Shown here one piece after another: positions 1-10,211 of a stretch of DNA of 64,000 nucleotides. The position numbers and the translations under genes were made by a program. The notes under the pieces were generated by a model, which did not search any database, was not told the origin of the DNA, and saw only the letters and a program-made list of their open reading frames with translations. Source of the DNA: Nocardioides sp. (GTDB lineage: Bacteria > Actinomycetota > Actinomycetes > Propionibacteriales > Nocardioidaceae). Position 1 is the first letter of the stretch; every line of letters starts with the position of its first letter. The DNA lies in assembly GCF_030655615.1 (NCBI RefSeq), contig NZ_JAURVJ010000029.1, forward strand, positions 1,867 through 65,866, written 5' to 3'.

Positions 1-707
1 ATGGTGAGTCGCGGCAGCCGGTAGCGGTCGTCGCCGGGACAGACCCGTCCGTTGAGGAAGGTCCACGCGGCGTCGAAGCCGGCGTCGGCGACCGCCTCGC
101 GGGCGGCCGGGTCGTGGTGGCCGAACGGATAGGCGAACTGGGTCAGTCGGCTGGCGGTGAGGTCCTCCAGCTCGGCACGGCACCCGGCGACCTCGTCGCG
201 GAGGCGGGCGGGTCCGAGGCCGGCGAGCGACGTGTGGGTGCGGGTGTGCGCGGCGATGTCGAACCCGAGCCCGACCGCCTCGACGAGCTCGCTCCTGGTC
301 ATCGTCCGGCCGGAGCCCGGCCACCACGCGGGCCGCTCGCCCCAGCCCGTCGCGACGGTCATCAGCGACGCCGGCACCTCCTGCTCGACCAGCACCGGCA
401 GTGCGTGCCGTGCCACTCCCGCCAGGGCGTCGTCAAAGGCGACCGCGACGAGGCCGTCGACGGCCTCGCCCCGGACCACCCGCGCGCCGAGCTCGGCGAG
501 CGGGACGAACCGGAAGCCGAGCCGACGCGTCACCCGTACGTGGGTGCGCACCTGGTCGATCGTGACGTCCAGCGGGTCGCTCAGCTCGTCGCGGGTACCG
601 ACCACGTCGTGGTAGCAGAGCACCGCTCCCCCGCCGCTCGCCGCGCGCCCCGAGGCCAGGCGCGCGGCAGCGCCGAGCGGCCTGGCCGCTCGTCGCGCCC
701 GGCTCAT
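1..707 (-). CDS. Polysaccharide deacetylase (NodB/CE4 family); 3' end runs off the window start
   Basis: Manual translation from ATG 707 (overlaps stop of next gene): VLCYHDV...AFDDAL...AAHTRTH...FAYPFG...AGFDAAWT. Not in ORF track because no stop lies in the window. Confidence 0.8.
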   Translation of the reverse strand, partial: MSRARRAARPLGAAARLASGRAASGGGAVLCYHDVVGTRDELSDPLDVTIDQVRTHVRVTRRLGFRFVPLAELGARVVRGEAVDGLVAVAFDDALAGVARHALPVLVEQEVPASLMTVATGWGERPAWWPGSGRTMTRSELVEAVGLGFDIAAHTRTHTSLAGLGPARLRDEVAGCRAELEDLTASRLTQFAYPFGHHDPAAREAVADAGFDAAWTFLNGRVCPGDDRYRLPRLT

Positions 708-1852
708 CGCGAGGTTCCCTCGCGGCGGGCGAACAGCTCCCGCGCCTCGCCGAGCGTCTCGACCAGGCGACGCGTGGAGACGCGGGCGTCATAGACCGAC
801 TCGAAGCGCTCGCGGCCGGCGGCCCCCAGCTCGGCGCGGACCTCGGGGTGGCGCACGAGGTCGCGGAGGGTGGCGACCAGGGCCTCGTCGTCGTCGGGCG
901 GCACGACGCGTCCGACCGTGGTCGGCACCATCTCGGGCATCGCGCCCAGGTCGAGGACGACCACCGGCAGCCCGGCGGCCTGGGCCTCGATGACCGCGTT
1001 GGGGGCCTGGTCGATCACGCTCGGGAAGACGAACACGGCCGCCGCCCGCAGCACCTCCCACAGGCGCCCGGACCCCACGGTGACGTCGCTGACGACCCGC
1101 ACGTTGCGACCCGGCGGCGGATTCTCGGGCGTGACGAGCACCAGCTCGCACTCGTCGGCGAGGTGCTGCTGGTGGAGCCGGAGCAGCCGCAGCGCGCCCT
1201 TGCGCTCGAGCTGGCGCCCGACGAAGACCAGCTGGGGCAGGCCCTCGGGAGCGACGGTGCCGGGTGCCGGCCCGCTCCCGATGCCGGGCGGACGGGTGAT
1301 GCCGAACGGGAAGACCCGCAGCTTGTCGTCGCCGAGCCCGTAGGCGTCGCGCAGCGAGCTCGCCACCCAGCCGGTGTTGGCGATCACGATCGAGGCAGCC
1401 TCGTAGACGGGCCGCTCGAAGCGTTGGGCGGCCCGCACGGCCCGAGGCGTGAATCGTGTCGCCTGCCGGTAGGGCAGGCGGTAGTTGTTGGTCGCGTTGG
1501 TGGCGTCGGTCGACACGACGGAGGGCAGCGAGGCCAGCAGGCCGGCGCTGCGGAGGGCTGCGTTGCCGGTGTAGACGTGCAACACGTCGTAGCCGTGGCC
1601 GGGGGCCAGGCGGGTGCGCAGCTCGCGACGGACCCAGCCGCTCAGCGACAGCTGGGCGCGCAGCGGCTGGAGGTCGGCGTCGAGCCGGCCGAGGCCGGGC
1701 ACGGCCGCACCGACGAACCGGCGACCTCCGGTCGGGGCGGGTACGTCGACGATGTCGACGTCGATGTCGTCCATCCCGACCAGGGCGTTGCGGAGGTGGG
1801 CGTGGACGGTCGCGTGGCCCCCGATGTTCTCGTTGATGAACAAGGCCCTCAT
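704..1852 (-). CDS. Glycosyltransferase family 4 (GT-B)
   Basis: MRALFINENIGGH start; FVGRQLERKG and DQAPNAVIEAQAAGLPVV motifs; ATGA overlap with upstream gene. Confidence 0.9.
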   Translation of the reverse strand: MRALFINENIGGHATVHAHLRNALVGMDDIDVDIVDVPAPTGGRRFVGAAVPGLGRLDADLQPLRAQLSLSGWVRRELRTRLAPGHGYDVLHVYTGNAALRSAGLLASLPSVVSTDATNATNNYRLPYRQATRFTPRAVRAAQRFERPVYEAASIVIANTGWVASSLRDAYGLGDDKLRVFPFGITRPPGIGSGPAPGTVAPEGLPQLVFVGRQLERKGALRLLRLHQQHLADECELVLVTPENPPPGRNVRVVSDVTVGSGRLWEVLRAAAVFVFPSVIDQAPNAVIEAQAAGLPVVVLDLGAMPEMVPTTVGRVVPPDDDEALVATLRDLVRHPEVRAELGAAGRERFESVYDARVSTRRLVETLGEARELFARREGTSR

Positions 1853-3006
1853 GGGGTGATCCTGCCCATACCGGTCCCCGGATCGTGCACGACCCTCCCG
1901 GCCACGGTCGCAATCTGGTCGAGCAGCGCCGCCGTTTGGCGGTCGAGACGGTGCGCCCGGCCGACCCGCTCGAGCCCGCGGACCGACAGCCGGTGCCGCA
2001 GCTCGGGGTCGTCCAGCAACCTGGTCACGGCCGCGGCCAGCGCGTCCGGGTCGCCGGGTGGGACCAGCAGCCCGGCGCCGTCGAGCACCTCGGGCGAGCC
2101 CCCGTGGTCGGTCGCCACGACCGGCACGCCGAGGCTCATCGCCTCGAGCACGTTGAGCGGGCACGCCTCGGGCTCGACGCTCGCGCTGACGGCCACGGTC
2201 CAGTCGCGCATCCGCCGGAGCGGGGCGTCGACGTGGCCGACGAGCTCGACCCGACGGCCGAGCTCGGTGCCGTCCACGCGAGCCCGCAGCTCCGCGACGT
2301 AGGCCCCGTCGGTGACCAGCTGACCGCCCATCAGCTCGACCCGGGCCGGGGTGCCGAACCTCCAGCTCGCGTCGAGCAGGACCTGCTGACCCTTCCACGG
2401 CGTGAGCAGGCCGTTGAGCCCCACGACCGGTACGTCGACCACGCGGCTCGGGTCGGCCCGGTCGGCCGGGTCGACCGGGGGCACCCCGTTGTGGACGACG
2501 GTGACCTCGGGCCCGGCGCCCAGGGCCCGGAGCGGTCGGGCGACGGCCTCGGAGACGCCGACCACCCGGGTCAGCGCCGGGCGGCACCAGCGGTAGAGCT
2601 GCAGCCGACTCCGGGCGACCACGACGTCGTGGGCCAGCCACAGCGCAGGCATCCGGACCCCGGCGAGCGACGCGAGGCGCAGCGTCGGAAGGGCGAGCAG
2701 GGCGTTGACGAGGACGACGTCGGCCCCGCGGACGGCGCGGCGCAGCACCCACGCGGCGCCCAGCCACCGACCGATCGTGCGCAGCGCGGCGACCGGACGC
2801 GGCCCGCCGCTCAGCCCGAGCTCGGGGACCACCCGGTGCCGGGCACCGGTGGCGGCGACCTGGTCGGCGAGCGCACCGGCCGGGCTGAGGCAGACCACGT
2901 CGTGCCCGGCCTCGACCGCCGCGGCGAGAGTGCGGACCAGGACGCGCTCGGCCCCCGAGACCTGCCCGGTGCTGGTGAGGGCGACGATCCGGAGCGGGGC
3001 GGTCAT
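1849..3006 (-). CDS. Glycosyltransferase family 4
   Basis: MTAPLRIV...SGAERV; LTPWKGQ; EACPLNVLEAMSLGVPVVATDHGG. Confidence 0.9.
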   Translation of the reverse strand: MTAPLRIVALTSTGQVSGAERVLVRTLAAAVEAGHDVVCLSPAGALADQVAATGARHRVVPELGLSGGPRPVAALRTIGRWLGAAWVLRRAVRGADVVLVNALLALPTLRLASLAGVRMPALWLAHDVVVARSRLQLYRWCRPALTRVVGVSEAVARPLRALGAGPEVTVVHNGVPPVDPADRADPSRVVDVPVVGLNGLLTPWKGQQVLLDASWRFGTPARVELMGGQLVTDGAYVAELRARVDGTELGRRVELVGHVDAPLRRMRDWTVAVSASVEPEACPLNVLEAMSLGVPVVATDHGGSPEVLDGAGLLVPPGDPDALAAAVTRLLDDPELRHRLSVRGLERVGRAHRLDRQTAALLDQIATVAGRVVHDPGTGMGRITP

Positions 3007-4589
3007 GCCGTCCTCCGTCGCGGGAGGCCCAGACCGGCGGCCCGGGTCAGCCCACCGAGCACGGCAACCGCCACGAACGCGGCGGCGGCGAGGCCGGCGG
3101 CCAGCACCCACGGCAGCACGAGGTCGCCGGCGTAGCCGACCCCCAGGCCGACCCCGATCGCCAGGGGCATGACGACCAGGCGGCCGAGACCCAGCGGGCG
3201 CAGCTCGCCGTGGCGCAGCAGGAGGGTGAGGAGGAGTGCCAGCACGACCACCTCGGAGGCCAGGGTGGCTGCCGCGGCCCCGTGGTAGGAGTAGCGCGGG
3301 ATCAGGACCAGGTTGGCGCCGACGTTGAGGACGAGCCCGGTCAGCATCACCAGGGGGTAGCCGCGGTTGCGGCCCACGGCGACCAGGCAGGTCATGGCGA
3401 GGGAGCCGAACAGGGCGAGGGTCGTGGCGACGACGAGGAGCCGGGTCGCGTCGTCGCCGACGGCGTAGCCGGCGCCGTACAACGAGGTGGTGAGCGGGGT
3501 GGCGAAGCCGACCAGGCCGACGATCGCCAACCCACCGAGGACGCCGAGCAGCATGGCCGCCCGTCGCCCGGCCGCCCGGAAGGCGCTCGGGTCGCCGGGC
3601 CACGACTGGACGAGGACGGTGAGCAGGGGGACGGTGACGGCGGTGGCGGCGAACTGCAGCAGGTCGACGAACTTGTAGGAGACGCCGTAGACGCCGACGG
3701 CGTCGAAGCCGTCGAGCTTGGACAGCATGAGGGCGTCGACGCGGTAGTAGACGGTGGCCAGGCCGATGCCGAGGGTCAGCGGCAGCGCCTCGCGGAGGAG
3801 CCGCTTCCACAGCGTCCAGTCGACGATCAGGCGGATGGGCAGCAGCCGGCGCGCGGCGGGGATCTTCCACGAGAGGACGACGACCTGGCAGAGCACGGCC
3901 GGGATGATGAAGAGCAGCAGCGACCCGCCGGCCGCGGCGATCGCGGCGGTCAGGGCGAACTGGGCGACGAGGCCGGCGACCCCGGCGGCGCTCACGATGC
4001 CCATCTGCAGCCGGGCCTGGAAGACGACGTCGAGCGCGGAGGACGGGGTCGACAGGACGATGACGATGCCGGCGACCGCCGTGGCCCCGACCACCTCCAT
4101 CGGGTAGCCGAGGAAGGTGACCACGAGCAGCACGAGGACGTAGCCGACGACGCCCAGCAGGCTGCGCAGGCCGATGTAGGCGCCGGCGAAGTGGACCGGG
4201 TCGGTGGCTGCGCCCGGGAGGGTGTCGTCCTCGCCGAGCATGCCGCGTACCGCGATCCGCCCGATGCCCATGTCGGTGACGATCACCATCAAGCCCAGGA
4301 CGGTGAAGATGGTGGTGAAGCGCCCGAACTCCTCGAGCGACATGGTCCGGGCGATGAGCAGGGTCCCGCCCCACCCGAGGACGGCCTGCGCGAGTCGGCT
4401 GCCGATCAGCCACCCCGTGTTGACCAGGACGCTGCGCGACCGGTCGTCCTCGGCAGCGGCCTTGGCGTCCTCGGCGTCCTCGGTGGTCTGGGTTTCCGGC
4501 ACGGGACCAGTCGTCTCGATCGGGTCGGTGGGGTCGGGGGGCCCGGGGGCCGCGGCCGGCGCGTCGTCCTGGGCGGGGTCGTTCAGCAC
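3003..4589 (-). CDS. Wzx-type polysaccharide flippase
   Basis: Many hydrophobic segments; LIARTMSLEEFGRF, YYRVDALMLS, NLVLIPRYSYHGAAAAT typical of Wzx; GTG start inferred. Confidence 0.85.
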   Translation of the reverse strand: MLNDPAQDDAPAAAPGPPDPTDPIETTGPVPETQTTEDAEDAKAAAEDDRSRSVLVNTGWLIGSRLAQAVLGWGGTLLIARTMSLEEFGRFTTIFTVLGLMVIVTDMGIGRIAVRGMLGEDDTLPGAATDPVHFAGAYIGLRSLLGVVGYVLVLLVVTFLGYPMEVVGATAVAGIVIVLSTPSSALDVVFQARLQMGIVSAAGVAGLVAQFALTAAIAAAGGSLLLFIIPAVLCQVVVLSWKIPAARRLLPIRLIVDWTLWKRLLREALPLTLGIGLATVYYRVDALMLSKLDGFDAVGVYGVSYKFVDLLQFAATAVTVPLLTVLVQSWPGDPSAFRAAGRRAAMLLGVLGGLAIVGLVGFATPLTTSLYGAGYAVGDDATRLLVVATTLALFGSLAMTCLVAVGRNRGYPLVMLTGLVLNVGANLVLIPRYSYHGAAAATLASEVVVLALLLTLLLRHGELRPLGLGRLVVMPLAIGVGLGVGYAGDLVLPWVLAAGLAAAAFVAVAVLGGLTRAAGLGLPRRRTA

Positions 4590-5626
4590 GGGACGCCCAG
4601 GCCTCGATAGACGGCGAGGGTCTGCTCGGCCGTGTCGCTCCAGCGCAGCCGGCCGGCCGCGCGGACGCCGGACGTGCGTAGGGCAGCGTTGTGGTCGACG
4701 TCGAAGACGACCTGGCGGAGCGCGTCGGCCAGGAGGCTCTCGTCGTCGGGGCGCACGAGGTGGGCGCCGTCGTCGGCGACCTCGGTCAGAGCACCGACGC
4801 GGGTGGCGACCACGGCTGCACCGCAGGCCATGGCCTCGACCGGCGGGAGGCCGAAGCCTTCGTAGGTGGAGGGATAGGCGACCGCGTCGGCCGCGGCATA
4901 GAGCGCAGGCAGGTCGGCGGTCGGGACGTAGCCCAGGTGCCGGGCGGCCGCGGGCATCGAGGCGCCGCCGAGCGCACCAGCGACGAGGAGGTCGACCCCG
5001 GCCCGCTCGCACGCAGCGGCAAGGAGGTCGACGCGCTTGCGCGGCTCGACGTTGCCGACGTAGAGGACGCTGCGCGGGCCGATGCCGTAGTGCGCGCGCA
5101 CCCGCTCGACCTCGTCGGGCCCGGGCGGTCGCATGTCCGGCCCGGCGGCGAGGTGGGTGACGGTGCTGGACCGGCCGAAGAGGGCCGCCACGCGCTCGGC
5201 CGTGAAGTGGCTGACTGAGATCACGGCGTCGGCGCGGCCGATGGCCCGCGCCACCAGCGCGCGCTCGCCGCGGGCTCGCACCCGCCCGTGGGCCCACGGG
5301 ACGTCGAAGACCGAGAGGTCGTGCACCGTGGTGACGAGGGGACCCGACGTGCGCAGCGGCAGGTCGATGTCGAGGCCGTGGAAGAGGTCGTCGCCGGTGC
5401 GCAGCCCCAGCCCGGCCACGGCGCGGCGTACGCCGTCGGCTACGGGGTGCGACACGGCAGTGACGGACGTCGGCAACTCACCGACCGCGTCCTCCTGGAC
5501 GTGCGCCGTGACGGAGGCGGTCGTGGCCGTGCTCAGCGCGCCGAGGAGCTCACGGATGTAGGTCTGGACGCCACTTCCGGCGGGGCGGAGAGCAAGGGCG
5601 TTGACGACGATGGCCGATCCAGGCAC
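4583..5626 (-). CDS. Glycosyltransferase family 4
   Basis: YVGNVEPRKR; PSTYEGFGLPPVEAMACG; start (GTG 5626) approximate. Confidence 0.9.
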   Translation of the reverse strand: MPGSAIVVNALALRPAGSGVQTYIRELLGALSTATTASVTAHVQEDAVGELPTSVTAVSHPVADGVRRAVAGLGLRTGDDLFHGLDIDLPLRTSGPLVTTVHDLSVFDVPWAHGRVRARGERALVARAIGRADAVISVSHFTAERVAALFGRSSTVTHLAAGPDMRPPGPDEVERVRAHYGIGPRSVLYVGNVEPRKRVDLLAAACERAGVDLLVAGALGGASMPAAARHLGYVPTADLPALYAAADAVAYPSTYEGFGLPPVEAMACGAAVVATRVGALTEVADDGAHLVRPDDESLLADALRQVVFDVDHNAALRTSGVRAAGRLRWSDTAEQTLAVYRGLGVPC

Positions 5627-6924
5627 AGGAGCATTCCTACGGTGAGCCAGAAGTAGAAGTCGAGGGGGAAGATCTCGAGGTAGGTCGAGACGAACGAGGC
5701 TGCGGCCGCACCGACGACCGAGGCGGCGATGCCCTGGGCCAGTGCTCGGTCGTCGCCGATCGTACGCCGGGAGGCGGCGACGGCGCTCACCACGACCGTC
5801 GCCCCGAGGAGCAGCAGCAGGTAGAGACCGACGGGGCCGAGCTCGAGGACGGTCTTCACGTACTGGTTGTCGGGCAGGTAGAGCTGGGGCTGGCCCGCGG
5901 TCCCGACCGTGATGACGTCGGCGGAGTCGGCACCGAGCTGGACGGCCTTCTCGGCGGCCGCGCCGGTGGTGCCGACGCCGTTGCCGAACGGGGCCGCGAG
6001 GACGCGCTCGAAGATGAGCGACCAGCCGCTGGTGCGCTCGTTGAGGCTGCTGGAGGACAGGAAGGCCGACAGCGCCGCCCCGGGCACCAGCAGCAGGGTC
6101 AGCGAGGCCGGGACGAACGCGTGGACAAGCCCGCGGAACCGCCAGAACGCCAGCAGCACGAGCCCGACGGCGAGCCCGAGCATCGCGCCGCGCACCACCG
6201 ACGACGCCATCGAGACCACGAGCACCGGGGTGATGAGCAGGAAGAGGGCGTTGCGGACGCGGCGCGGGTCGGCCATGGCGACCGGCAGGCAGACGAGCAG
6301 CACCAGCATCACGAAGAGCCCGAACGAGAAGGGCTGGGTGAAGGAGGAGAACGAGCGCAGCAGGCTGCCCGAGAAGCGGATGGCGGAGTTGTACTCGTAG
6401 CCCATCTCGTTGAGCCGCACAGGTCCGATCGCCTGCTGGTAGAGGCCGTACGCCGCCGTGAGCGCTCCGGCCGCCATCAGCACCGTGACCACCCGGTCGC
6501 GGTCGCGGGCGTCGAACGGGCAGCGCCACAGGATGAACGGCACCACGACGTAGAAATAGCCGATCTTGAAGCCCCAGAACCCGATGGCGCCGCCGGCGAC
6601 GACCGCCGACACGGCGCCGAGGGCGACGAAGACGATCGCGACGGGGACCCACGACGGGATCGCGACGTCGGACGACTTCTCCCGGCGGGCGGAGACGGGC
6701 GCGACGAGCGAGGCCAGCAGCGTCACGACCAGGAGCGCTTCCTTCCAGGCTCCGAAGGACCCGCCGCCCGGCAGGATGAGGAGGAGCCCGTCGAAGGGCA
6801 GCAGGGCGGCGAGCAGGAGCAGGCCCCGCTGCGGGCGACGGACGAGCGCCGCACCGATCCAGACGAGCAGCGGGACCGCGACCGCCCCGAGCAGGACGGT
6901 GTCGAAGGTGGACCCGAGGGTCAC
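5533..6924 (-). CDS. O-antigen ligase/polymerase (Wzy_C-like) membrane protein
   Basis: About 10 TM-like segments; PFGNGVG and DNQYVKTVLELGPVG periplasmic-loop motifs. Confidence 0.8.
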   Translation of the reverse strand: MTLGSTFDTVLLGAVAVPLLVWIGAALVRRPQRGLLLLAALLPFDGLLLILPGGGSFGAWKEALLVVTLLASLVAPVSARREKSSDVAIPSWVPVAIVFVALGAVSAVVAGGAIGFWGFKIGYFYVVVPFILWRCPFDARDRDRVVTVLMAAGALTAAYGLYQQAIGPVRLNEMGYEYNSAIRFSGSLLRSFSSFTQPFSFGLFVMLVLLVCLPVAMADPRRVRNALFLLITPVLVVSMASSVVRGAMLGLAVGLVLLAFWRFRGLVHAFVPASLTLLLVPGAALSAFLSSSSLNERTSGWSLIFERVLAAPFGNGVGTTGAAAEKAVQLGADSADVITVGTAGQPQLYLPDNQYVKTVLELGPVGLYLLLLLGATVVVSAVAASRRTIGDDRALAQGIAASVVGAAAASFVSTYLEIFPLDFYFWLTVGMLLCLDRPSSSTPLLSAPPEVASRPTSVSSSAR

Positions 6925-8327
6925 GACCCCCGCCGGAACAGGACGGTGCCTACGGTGCGGGCCACGATCTTGGCGTCGAGCCAGAGCGACCAGTTCTGGA
7001 TGTAGTAGTTGTCGAAGCGGGCGCGCTCCTCGATGGAGGTGTCGCCGCGCAGGCCGTTGACCTGGGCCCAGCCGGTGAGGCCGGCCGGGGTGCGGTGGCG
7101 GCCGTGGTAGCGCGGCACCTCGTGGGCGAACTGGTCGACGAAGACCGGGCGCTCCGGACGGGGACCGACGATGCTCATCTCGCCGCGCAGCACGTTGACC
7201 AGCTGCGGCAGCTCGTCGATCGAGCTGGCGCGCAGGAACCGGCCGACCGGGCCGAGCCGGGCGTCGCCGTTGATCGACCAGACCGGCGAGGCGCCGGGCC
7301 CCTCGGGCAGGCGGAGCGAGCGGAACTTGAAGAGGGTGAACGGGGTGCCGTCGACGCCGATGCGGACCTGGCGGAAGATGACGCCCTTGCCGAGCTCAAG
7401 GCGTACGGCGAGCGCGACCAGCGCCAGCATCGGGGCGAACATCAGCAGCGCGGTGCCGGCGACCAGGATGTCGAGGGCGCGCTTGGCGCGCCACGAGACG
7501 CTGCGCCACGTGGCGCGGCGGAAGCGGACCAGCGGGATGCCCCACAGCTCGTCCATGTCGCGGCTGCGGTGCTGCAGCTCGAAGAAGCGCGGCACGGCGA
7601 AGATCTCGCAATGGAGGCGGTCGCACTCACGCATGATCTCGATCAGCGAGGAGTCCTGGGTGCGGCCCCAGGCCACGATGATCTCGCTGACGCCGAGGCG
7701 CTGGATCGTCGCGGACAGGTCGGCGTAGCCGCCGAGGTGGGGCACGGGGAGCAGGGAGGCGTCGCGGGGCGCGTCGTCGTCGAGGAAGCCGACCGGCACG
7801 AGACCGTGCTCCGGGCGGTCGAGCGCGGCCCGGGCGAGGTCCTGACCGATCTCGCCGGCGCCGAGCACGAGGGCGCGGTGGGCGATGTAGCCGGTGCTGC
7901 GGGCCTGGCGCACGGCGACGTAGGACGTCGCACGGAAGACGACGAGGAGGGCGAGGAGCACGCCGAGCAGGATGAACATGTCGACGTGGCCGAGCCGGGC
8001 GTCGGCGACCGTGCCACCGGCGACGACGCCGGTCAACGCGGCGGCGCCCAGGGCAGGGACGTCGTCGAGGACGGAGAGGGTGAGGCGCGAGCGGTAGGCG
8101 CTGAGCCCGAAGGCGACAGCGACGACGGAGACGCCGACCGCGGCCAGGCCGGGGAGGCTGATCGTGGAGGTGACGACCAGGGCCAGCAGGACGGCCAGCA
8201 GGTCTGCTCCGACCAGGAACGGGCGGAAGCTCAGCCACGTCCTGGGTGCTGCTGTGATGGATGCTGCGGCCGGAAAGTCCGAGACCAGTCGGCCGGTGTG
8301 AACTGCCTCAGCAGTCGTTACCGCCAT
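6921..8327 (-). CDS. Priming polyprenyl glycosylphosphotransferase (sugar transferase)
   Basis: KRALDI...IFRQVRIG..G..F.LFKFRS...DELPQLVNVLRGEMSIVGPRP...GLTGWAQVNG...DNYYIQNWSLWLD; start uncertain (8327-8408). Confidence 0.92.
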   Translation of the reverse strand: MAVTTAEAVHTGRLVSDFPAAASITAAPRTWLSFRPFLVGADLLAVLLALVVTSTISLPGLAAVGVSVVAVAFGLSAYRSRLTLSVLDDVPALGAAALTGVVAGGTVADARLGHVDMFILLGVLLALLVVFRATSYVAVRQARSTGYIAHRALVLGAGEIGQDLARAALDRPEHGLVPVGFLDDDAPRDASLLPVPHLGGYADLSATIQRLGVSEIIVAWGRTQDSSLIEIMRECDRLHCEIFAVPRFFELQHRSRDMDELWGIPLVRFRRATWRSVSWRAKRALDILVAGTALLMFAPMLALVALAVRLELGKGVIFRQVRIGVDGTPFTLFKFRSLRLPEGPGASPVWSINGDARLGPVGRFLRASSIDELPQLVNVLRGEMSIVGPRPERPVFVDQFAHEVPRYHGRHRTPAGLTGWAQVNGLRGDTSIEERARFDNYYIQNWSLWLDAKIVARTVGTVLFRRGS

Positions 8328-8500
8328 TGTGATCACTTTCGTCATTGGCGACCTGTTGACCGCCATCCCCCATGGGCTATGTAAAGAGCATGCCGAAGAG
8401 GGAGGCACGGCCCGTGCTCGTCAGCCCCACAAGGCAGTAACAACCCATCTGCACCACGTGAGACGGCTCACTCAGCCTGTACGGACCGGCCCGTCAACTC

Positions 8501-9082
8501 TCACCTGATCAGCCTCGGCCGGGGCAGCAGCCGGTCCGATCCCTTCTCCGGCGGCGGTGCTGGCACCGGGTCAGTACCCCCCGGATAACTAGCCGGGGGA
8601 GGCTGCGCGACAGAGACGCTCGGCGACGGTGTGAGTTCGAACTTGACCGTGCCGGCCTCGAAGGTGGTCGGCGCGCCCCTGAACTGGAACCGCTGCGAGA
8701 AGGGCAAGGAGCCCCCTGCCGGGACGTCCGTGATCGAGATCGACGTCACCGTGATGGTGCTGCCCTCCTCGTCGTCGACCACGCTGATGGTCTCGGACAC
8801 GGTGGTCCACGCACCGCTGGGCTCGGCCGTGTAGGCGGAGTACCACGGCGGCGAAGGGCTGAACACGATCGCTGTCAATTGGATCGACACCGGGGTCGCG
8901 GTGGTGTTGAAGATCGTCGCGGTACCGGTCACGACCGAGCCCTCACGTGACGCCGACACCGTCGCATAGACCTGGTTCGACGCGGCTGCGAACGCCGGCG
9001 CGCTGGTCACCACCACGATCGTCGGCGCCGCCCAGGCGGCAGCCTTGATCAAGGTGCGGCGACTGGGCTGCTCGATCGACAC
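8501..9082 (-). CDS. Secreted Ser/Thr-rich protein with twin-arginine-like leader (SRRTLIKAAAWAAP...APAFAA)
   Basis: AGGAG RBS before GTG 9082; RR motif, hydrophobic stretch, AxA cleavage site; beta-rich mature part. Confidence 0.75.
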   Translation of the reverse strand: MSIEQPSRRTLIKAAAWAAPTIVVVTSAPAFAAASNQVYATVSASREGSVVTGTATIFNTTATPVSIQLTAIVFSPSPPWYSAYTAEPSGAWTTVSETISVVDDEEGSTITVTSISITDVPAGGSLPFSQRFQFRGAPTTFEAGTVKFELTPSPSVSVAQPPPASYPGGTDPVPAPPPEKGSDRLLPRPRLIR

Positions 9083-9230
9083 GGGTACTCCTGCTTCGTG
9101 GGGTGGGGCTCCACGTCGAGCATCGGCCCGCGGCGGAGCCGACTTGAGACGTCAGCAGCAGAAGTTACGGGCGCGTTGTCTCAACTTGACGGAAGCAGCC
9201 CGGCGCGTCACGCGGCGAGCTGGCGACCCG

Positions 9231-10172
9231 TCAGAAGACCGCGCGGATCTCCCCGACCGGCACCCCGCCGCCGAGCAGCGGCAGCACCCCGGTCGCGTCG
9301 ACGGCGGCGTCGTGGACGCCTGACCGCCGCAACGCGGCGGCCATCAGCACTGGCCGCACCCGCGGCGCCCCGTCATCGGTCTTGAGCGCGAACGCCCGGC
9401 CGTCCGGCAGCGCGACGGCGTAGCAGGACTCGGCGCCCGCCTTGCCGATTGCGCCCGGCAGGGCGGTGAGCAGGGCGAGCTCGTCGCGCCGCGTCCCGGA
9501 GACGTACGCCGGGTAGGCGCGGATGGCGTCCGCGATCCTCTTCTCGGCGCCTTCCGTGGCGACCGCGAGCGCCCGGAAGGCCCGCGCCAGGCCGACCAGC
9601 GACGTCGAGAGCAGCGGGGCGCCGCAGCCGTCGACGGCGACGACCTCGACCGGCTCACCGGTCAGGTCGGCGAACGCCTCCGCGATCCCGACCTGCAGCG
9701 GGTGGTCGGCCGCGATGTAGGTCGCGGTGTCCCACCCGTTGAGGACGCAGGTGGCGAGCATCGCGGAGTGCTTGCCGGAGCAGTTCATCGAGATGGAGTC
9801 CTTGGCCCGCCCCGCGCGGATTGAGCCTTCACGGGCGACGTCGTCGAGCGGCCAGTCCGGCGGGGTCTGCAGGTCGGCCTCGGCGAGGCCGGCGGAGGCG
9901 AGGATCCGGCGTACTCCCTCGAGGTGGAAGTCCTCCCCGGAGTGCGAGGCACAGGCCAGGGCGAGTAGGTCGTCCGGTAGGTCGAGCCCGAGCCGGACCA
10001 TCCCCAGCGCCTGGAGCGGCTTGTTGCACGAGCGCGGCAGCACGGCGGTGTCGACCGCCCCGACCGACCAGTCGACGGACCCGTCGGCGGCCAGCGCGAC
10101 GACCGAGCCGTAGTGGTGCCCCTCGACGAACCCGGAGCGGACGATCTCGGCGACGATGACGGGTTCAGACAT
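9231..10172 (-). CDS. L-asparaginase II family
   Basis: RSCNKPLQA, SHSGE, NCSGKH, KAGAES motifs; leaderless -10 TAGCCT 6 nt upstream of ATG. Confidence 0.85.
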   Translation of the reverse strand: MSEPVIVAEIVRSGFVEGHHYGSVVALAADGSVDWSVGAVDTAVLPRSCNKPLQALGMVRLGLDLPDDLLALACASHSGEDFHLEGVRRILASAGLAEADLQTPPDWPLDDVAREGSIRAGRAKDSISMNCSGKHSAMLATCVLNGWDTATYIAADHPLQVGIAEAFADLTGEPVEVVAVDGCGAPLLSTSLVGLARAFRALAVATEGAEKRIADAIRAYPAYVSGTRRDELALLTALPGAIGKAGAESCYAVALPDGRAFALKTDDGAPRVRPVLMAAALRRSGVHDAAVDATGVLPLLGGGVPVGEIRAVF

Positions 10173-10211
10173 GGGGCGAGGCTATCCGCGGTGGTTTGCA
10201 AGGATGACCCC

